Below are positions 31,005 through 35,026 of a stretch of 35,026 nucleotides of DNA, piece after piece. Source of the stretch: Lysobacterales bacterium (lineage in GTDB: Bacteria > Pseudomonadota > Gammaproteobacteria > Xanthomonadales > SZUA-5). The notes under the pieces are model-generated. The model was given only the letters and a program-made list of their open reading frames with translations, was not told the origin of the DNA and made no database searches. Where the stretch lies: assembly GCA_041745855.1 (NCBI GenBank), contig JBGTIE010000737.1, forward strand, positions 1 through 35,026, given 5' to 3'. A program made the position numbers and the translations under genes. Position 1 is the stretch's first letter; the number at the start of each line of letters is the position of its first letter.

Positions 31005-33614
31005 ATGGTCACGAAATTTCTTCAAGGTGAAGAGTTTACTCTGTCATTGCGCGAACTGTATCAAAAAGGCGGCAAGTATCAAAAAGCCGCACAAACAGTC
31101 CAAAGCATTTGGGGCCGCGCCAAGCTTGATGGTGCAACTGTCGAAGAGACCTTTAAAGGAGTTCCGACAACAAACCATGGCGAGAACCGAATTTCGCACT
31201 GTGTGAAGTTCGACTTGACCGGCTTTGCGCGCCTTGTCGTCGTTCACAACAGGAACGTCTGCCTCTTTCTCTTTACCGGTGATCATAATGCGGTTGATAA
31301 TTGGCTGGAACGGAACAAGGGGCTCGACTATGTTGCGCGGCATCATGGCGATTCACTTGTGCTCGACAAGATTCGAGTATCAGACCTATCGCAAGGGAAA
31401 AATGGCCACATCACAAGCGAATCCGACTTGAGTACCGGGGCGCTGTTCGAACTCTTGCCAGAGCGATGCCAAGATCGAATTCTGCATGATTTTGGTGAAG
31501 ATGAGCGCGCTGAAGTATTGAAAATCGAATCAATCGCAGATGATGATTTGATTCTCGCTGTCTCCACTCAATGTGGCACTCAGGAGCAGCAAGGCGCGCT
31601 GATGGATGTACTTTTGTCACTCCGCAATGGGGATGTCACGAATGCGAAAAACCGCATTGATCTTTACAGTCAAGTAGCGACGCCGGTGGAGGATCTTCCG
31701 AAATCCGATATTGAATCCTTGCAGTCGAGTGATGCGGCTGTACTACTTGCGGACGTCGACCCCGAATTGTTCCAGCACTTTGTAGAAACTGCGACGTTTG
31801 AGAAGTGGATGTTGTACTTGCATCCGGCTCAGCGGGAACACGTAGTTAAAGAATTCTCTGGCCCAGCACGCATGGCTGGGGTGAGTGGATCTGGAAAGAC
31901 CTCTGTAGTCGTTCACCGGGCGCTTAGGCTGGCCGATAAGTATTCGCCAGAACCCGTCCTTGTTGTGACCCTTAGCGCGGCACTTGCGTCACTTATCAAT
32001 CAGTTGATTGATGCACAGCGCGGCAATACTCGGCCTGGGAACCTGAAGGTTACATCAATCTTCGACTTGTGCTTTGATAAGCTGATGCAGATCGAGCCGC
32101 AACGGCGAGATTACTACACAAAGAGAAGTATTGCGAAGAACCCACATGCAATATCAGATCATATCGACGAAGTCTGGCATGAGTTCTTTATGTGTGAGAA
32201 CAATAATCATGATGCGGACGTGCTGCTTGACGTAATACAGTCACTCAATGTGCGTGGTATCTACGCCAATGACTATCTCAGACAGGAACTTGACTACATT
32301 CGAAGCTCTCGTTCCCCTGCTGACAGATCAGGTTATTTGCAGATGGAGCGTCTTGGTCGCATCGTGCCGCTCGATGAGAAACTCAGACAGCAGATCCTGG
32401 ATGGGTTGTCAGGCTGGGAACGCAAGATGAATGCGGTGGGCGTCATTGACGACATGGGTATAGTGTCGTCGTTATACCATCATCTCGATTCCGTTGAGCC
32501 GGAGTACAGAGCAATATTGGTCGATGAGGCGCAAGACCTTGGTACGCTTGAGCTGGCTATCATCAGGCGATTGGTTCGTGAAGGTGAGAACGATATCTTT
32601 CTTTGCGGTGATACGGCGCAGACAATCTATACGAAGTCGGCAGATTATAAGGCTGCGCGCATTGAAACGGCAGGTAGATCGGTCAGGCTTCTCCAAAACT
32701 ATCGGAATAGCCGTCAAATATTAACCGCCGCATATGAAGTCCTCACCCGCGCTCTTGAATCGATGCCAAAGGGGGCAATGAACCTGGATGTGCTTGTTCC
32801 GGACTACGCTAGCTTCTCCTCTCCAAAACCTCTTCTGCTGCGTGCGGCCTCATTCTCTGAAGAGCTAGAGTACGGATTGGGATTCTTGAGATCTTGTGTC
32901 GAAGATAGCCCAATAAACCAGCGCTACTGTCTGGCTATATGTGGTTATACGCATGCGGCCGTTGAGCAGATCGGTGTTCAACTTTCCTTGCCGATACTCG
33001 CTGCAAACACAGATGTCCGTACTGCCCGGATATTCATTTCTGATCTCGAACAGACGAAGGGGTTTGAATTTGACTCTGTCGTCGTAATCAACTGTTCAGC
33101 TCGGGTTCTCCCACATCCATATCTGCCTAGTGAGGAATCGTTCCGGGATCTTTGCCGCCTGTATGTTGCGATGACACGGGCAAAAACGCAGCTTGTTGTT
33201 TCGTACACAGAGACGCCATCACGGTTTATTGCGGCTGCGCGGGAGTTCTTTATTGAGGCAACGTTTGAAGAATATGCCGAGCCCGTGAAAGTGATAGATT
33301 CCGATCTGCCCACGCAGGCAATCCCGGCGCTCCTGAATCATCATGCATGGGGCCTGTCAGGAAAGAAATTCATCAAGTACAGGGATGCAGTAGGGCTCGA
33401 CAGGACCGTTCAAGAAGAGATTCTCAACCATGTTACGGGTGTAGAGAAAGTCCGTGGTCGCGAGAAGAAACAACTGGAGTGGAAGACATTCGGGGCTTTT
33501 GCCAAGGCAATGGAACAACCGAGGAGTCGGCACCAGATTCTCAGTGATGAGGCATGGTCGAGCCTTTCACGGCATCTGGCGGTTCTGCGACAAGGGCAGG
33601 TTCAGGCTCAATGA
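31005..33614 (+). CDS. SF1 (UvrD/Rep-like) helicase with about 270-aa uncharacterised N-terminal region (869 aa)
   Basis: Walker A GVSGSGKT (31878-31901), ILVDEAQDLG, CGDTAQTIY, LQNYRNSRQIL, KGFEFDSVVV and LYVAMTRAKTQLVVSY. RBS GGAGAGTGGAGG precedes the ATG. About 42-47 % GC. Confidence 0.88.
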   Translation: MVTKFLQGEEFTLSLRELYQKGGKYQKAAQTVQSIWGRAKLDGATVEETFKGVPTTNHGENRISHCVKFDLTGFARLVVVHNRNVCLFLFTGDHNAVDNWLERNKGLDYVARHHGDSLVLDKIRVSDLSQGKNGHITSESDLSTGALFELLPERCQDRILHDFGEDERAEVLKIESIADDDLILAVSTQCGTQEQQGALMDVLLSLRNGDVTNAKNRIDLYSQVATPVEDLPKSDIESLQSSDAAVLLADVDPELFQHFVETATFEKWMLYLHPAQREHVVKEFSGPARMAGVSGSGKTSVVVHRALRLADKYSPEPVLVVTLSAALASLINQLIDAQRGNTRPGNLKVTSIFDLCFDKLMQIEPQRRDYYTKRSIAKNPHAISDHIDEVWHEFFMCENNNHDADVLLDVIQSLNVRGIYANDYLRQELDYIRSSRSPADRSGYLQMERLGRIVPLDEKLRQQILDGLSGWERKMNAVGVIDDMGIVSSLYHHLDSVEPEYRAILVDEAQDLGTLELAIIRRLVREGENDIFLCGDTAQTIYTKSADYKAARIETAGRSVRLLQNYRNSRQILTAAYEVLTRALESMPKGAMNLDVLVPDYASFSSPKPLLLRAASFSEELEYGLGFLRSCVEDSPINQRYCLAICGYTHAAVEQIGVQLSLPILAANTDVRTARIFISDLEQTKGFEFDSVVVINCSARVLPHPYLPSEESFRDLCRLYVAMTRAKTQLVVSYTETPSRFIAAAREFFIEATFEEYAEPVKVIDSDLPTQAIPALLNHHAWGLSGKKFIKYRDAVGLDRTVQEEILNHVTGVEKVRGREKKQLEWKTFGAFAKAMEQPRSRHQILSDEAWSSLSRHLAVLRQGQVQAQ

Positions 33615-33624
33615 GATTTGATCA

Positions 33625-33840
33625 ATGAGTCAATGGACTGATGTGATTCTTGGCCAATTCGTAGCTGATCTGACACGGCAATGGGTAGGGTGCGACCCCG
33701 ACGATGTGCTGCTCGACGAGAAGCTATTGTCGGAGCTGCGTAGCCGGGGCTTCGAGGTGATGCTTTACGAAGACCCGTTCACGTGCCGCATGAAGCCCAG
33801 CATCGCGCTCCAATGCGCTACTTCATTTATGTCGGTGTAG
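33625..33840 (+). pseudogene. 71-codon ORF, probably the 5' remnant of a larger gene (N-terminus recalls PglZ-type proteins; tentative)
   Basis: It starts 10 nt after the helicase stop. MSQWTDVILGQFVADLTRQWVGCDPDDVLLDEKLLSELRSRGFEVMLYEDPFTCR... then ends abruptly just before convergent genes. Confidence 0.35.
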
Positions 33841-33884
33841 ATGATGGTCATGCTCCAACCTGTGTCCTTTGGGTTGTGCTGGCT

Positions 33885-34169
33885 TTAGTCGACTTCAAAA
33901 TTGAAGTTGACGAAGGTGTAACCAGACTCTGATTGCTTGACAGTGATGTCTGTGTCACCTTTGGTCCAGGGTGATGCCCGGACCTCCCTGATGAGGTCCT
34001 CTTCGTCTATTCCGGCGATGTCCTCGTTGGAGAAAATGAGGCTTTCGGCGGTGATTCCGTCCCAGACCCATTTTTGGTAGAGAACGTCATAGGGACCGAG
34101 TCTCGTTTCGAGCTGGAGGATGATCCTTGTGTCATCGTCCACCGGCACGTTGTCGAACTTGCCTGTCAT
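33885..34169 (-). CDS. Hypothetical small acidic protein (94 aa), translationally coupled to the upstream nucleotidase gene
   Basis: ATG 34169 overlaps the TGA of the upstream gene (ATGA at 34166-34169). The longer listed ORF (to 34415) lies inside the nucleotidase gene in another frame. Confidence 0.55.
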   Translation of the reverse strand: MTGKFDNVPVDDDTRIILQLETRLGPYDVLYQKWVWDGITAESLIFSNEDIAGIDEEDLIREVRASPWTKGDTDITVKQSESGYTFVNFNFEVD

Positions 34170-34627
34170 GTCTCTGCTCTGGATCGGGTCATCAGGTAGT
34201 CGTGCACCGTGGTCCAGTCCGGAAACCGAGGTGTGCCGAAGTGCAGATGTTCGCCCTGGAACGTGTCTGCGCCGTTCTTCAAGCGATCGTCGACCAGGAA
34301 GTGGCCGTAGTTCAGGTTCTTGTGGTGAGACAGAATCAGTCGCTTGTGAGCATGATCGCCTAGATGGCGCCTGACCCAGAGCAGCTTGTCTGACCATGCG
34401 GACGGGTTTTCCCATGGGGAGGTGGAAAGAACGTAGGTATTAAAAGCGCCTGCCAATTGCTTGAATGCATCAATGGCTCCCGCCATGGGATCCATCAGGG
34501 AAAAAATGCCTGGAACTTCATCAAGGCGGTCCTCGTACTCGTCAAACGTCGCCTTCGGGATTCTGGGGAATGCTGATGCAAAATCCACCAGCACATTGTC
34601 CATGTCTATGTAGAGTATTCGCTTCAT
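34166..34627 (-). CDS. HAD-superfamily 5'(3')-deoxyribonucleotidase (NT5C-like), 153 aa
   Basis: Motif I YIDMDNVLVDF (DxDxV), motif II VLSTSP, and the Lys/Asp motifs KLLWV...FLVDDRLKNG. The size is typical for this family. Confidence 0.75.
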   Translation of the reverse strand: MKRILYIDMDNVLVDFASAFPRIPKATFDEYEDRLDEVPGIFSLMDPMAGAIDAFKQLAGAFNTYVLSTSPWENPSAWSDKLLWVRRHLGDHAHKRLILSHHKNLNYGHFLVDDRLKNGADTFQGEHLHFGTPRFPDWTTVHDYLMTRSRAET

Positions 34628-34762
34628 GCTGATGCCTTGGGTTGCGGTTGTTTAGGGTAAGCGATGTGGCCGATCTCGAACGCTTTCTTGTACATCGACG
34701 GCCCCTTCGCTGTGCTCCGGTGAGATCATGGTAGGGGGTCGGGGCGACGGGACTTGTCGTTG

Positions 34763-35026
34763 ATGTGGAGTGCGGTGGCTTTGATATGGAGTGCGGTGGC
34801 TTGCCACCGCTCTTAATATGGAGTGCGGTGGCTTGCCACCGCTCTGCTGTTGGCAGCTTGCTGCCGCTGTTGCTGTTTGCCGGTGGCGCGCCTGGCCAGA
34901 GACCTCGTGCAGTTTGCGATGGGAAGTTGGGGGTTGGAAGGGCTTCGAGGCGGGGGTGGGGCGAGAGCCAGGGCGGCAGCAAGCTGCACAAGAGCAGAGC
35001 GGTGGCAAGCCACCGCACTCCAGAAT
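34763..35026. repeat. Composite REP cluster R6 (forward REPs 34763-34872, spacer, inverted REP 34972-35026; runs off the window)
   Basis: Read directly. The spacer shares cttcgaggcggggg...gagagccagggcggcagcaagctg with cluster R2. Confidence 0.9.

Noticed and set aside
33885-34415. 176-aa version of the small minus-strand ORF
   Set aside because: The first 82 codons lie inside the nucleotidase gene in another frame and are R/S/P-rich. An internal ATG at 34169 forms an ATGA overlap with the nucleotidase stop, so the 94-aa version is preferred.
18700-34760. Integrase, recombinase, tRNA attachment site or IS element that would explain island mobility
   Set aside because: None found on either strand. 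The only repeat structure at the borders is the duplicated recC leader (left part) and a REP cluster (right end).

Overview
High-GC proteobacterial chromosomal segment; hand-counted 60-nt samples give about 63-73 % GC in core genes. It has three parts. (1) 1-9.9 kb is an accessory patchwork saturated with one REP family. The REPs form six composite palindromic clusters around a REP-associated tyrosine transposase (RAYT). Between clusters sit a zeta-toxin/antitoxin pair, a two-domain AAA+ ATPase, a Cys-X5-Arg phosphatase divergently paired with a possible macro-like protein, a truncated second copy of the phosphatase 3' end, and a low-GC small membrane protein. (2) 9.96-18.7 kb is a translationally coupled recC-recB-recD operon on the minus strand. 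(3) 18.7-34.7 kb is a plus-strand, compositionally foreign island (about 42-60 % GC) abutting the recC start. Island part a is a 3-gene cassette: acidic hypothetical, MrfA/YprA-like DEAH helicase with a cysteine-free DUF1998-like tail, and STAS-like/GHKL ATPase. This cassette is bracketed by two direct copies of the recC leader plus first 14 codons. Island part b is a PLD-nuclease::SNF2 helicase fusion, a 1339-aa N6-adenine methyltransferase with a type-ISP-like C-terminal specificity region and a low-GC block after the NPPY motif, and an SF1/UvrD-like helicase with an unknown N-terminal module. Part b is followed by a 71-codon remnant ORF and a convergent deoxyribonucleotidase + small-protein pair. 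Together the island carries all five DISARM class 1 domain types (helicase, DUF1998-like, PLD, SNF2, N6-MTase) in a non-canonical, fused and interrupted layout. I could not find tRNA, rRNA, CRISPR, integrase or IS transposase genes. All family assignments come from motif recognition by eye; no searches were run.
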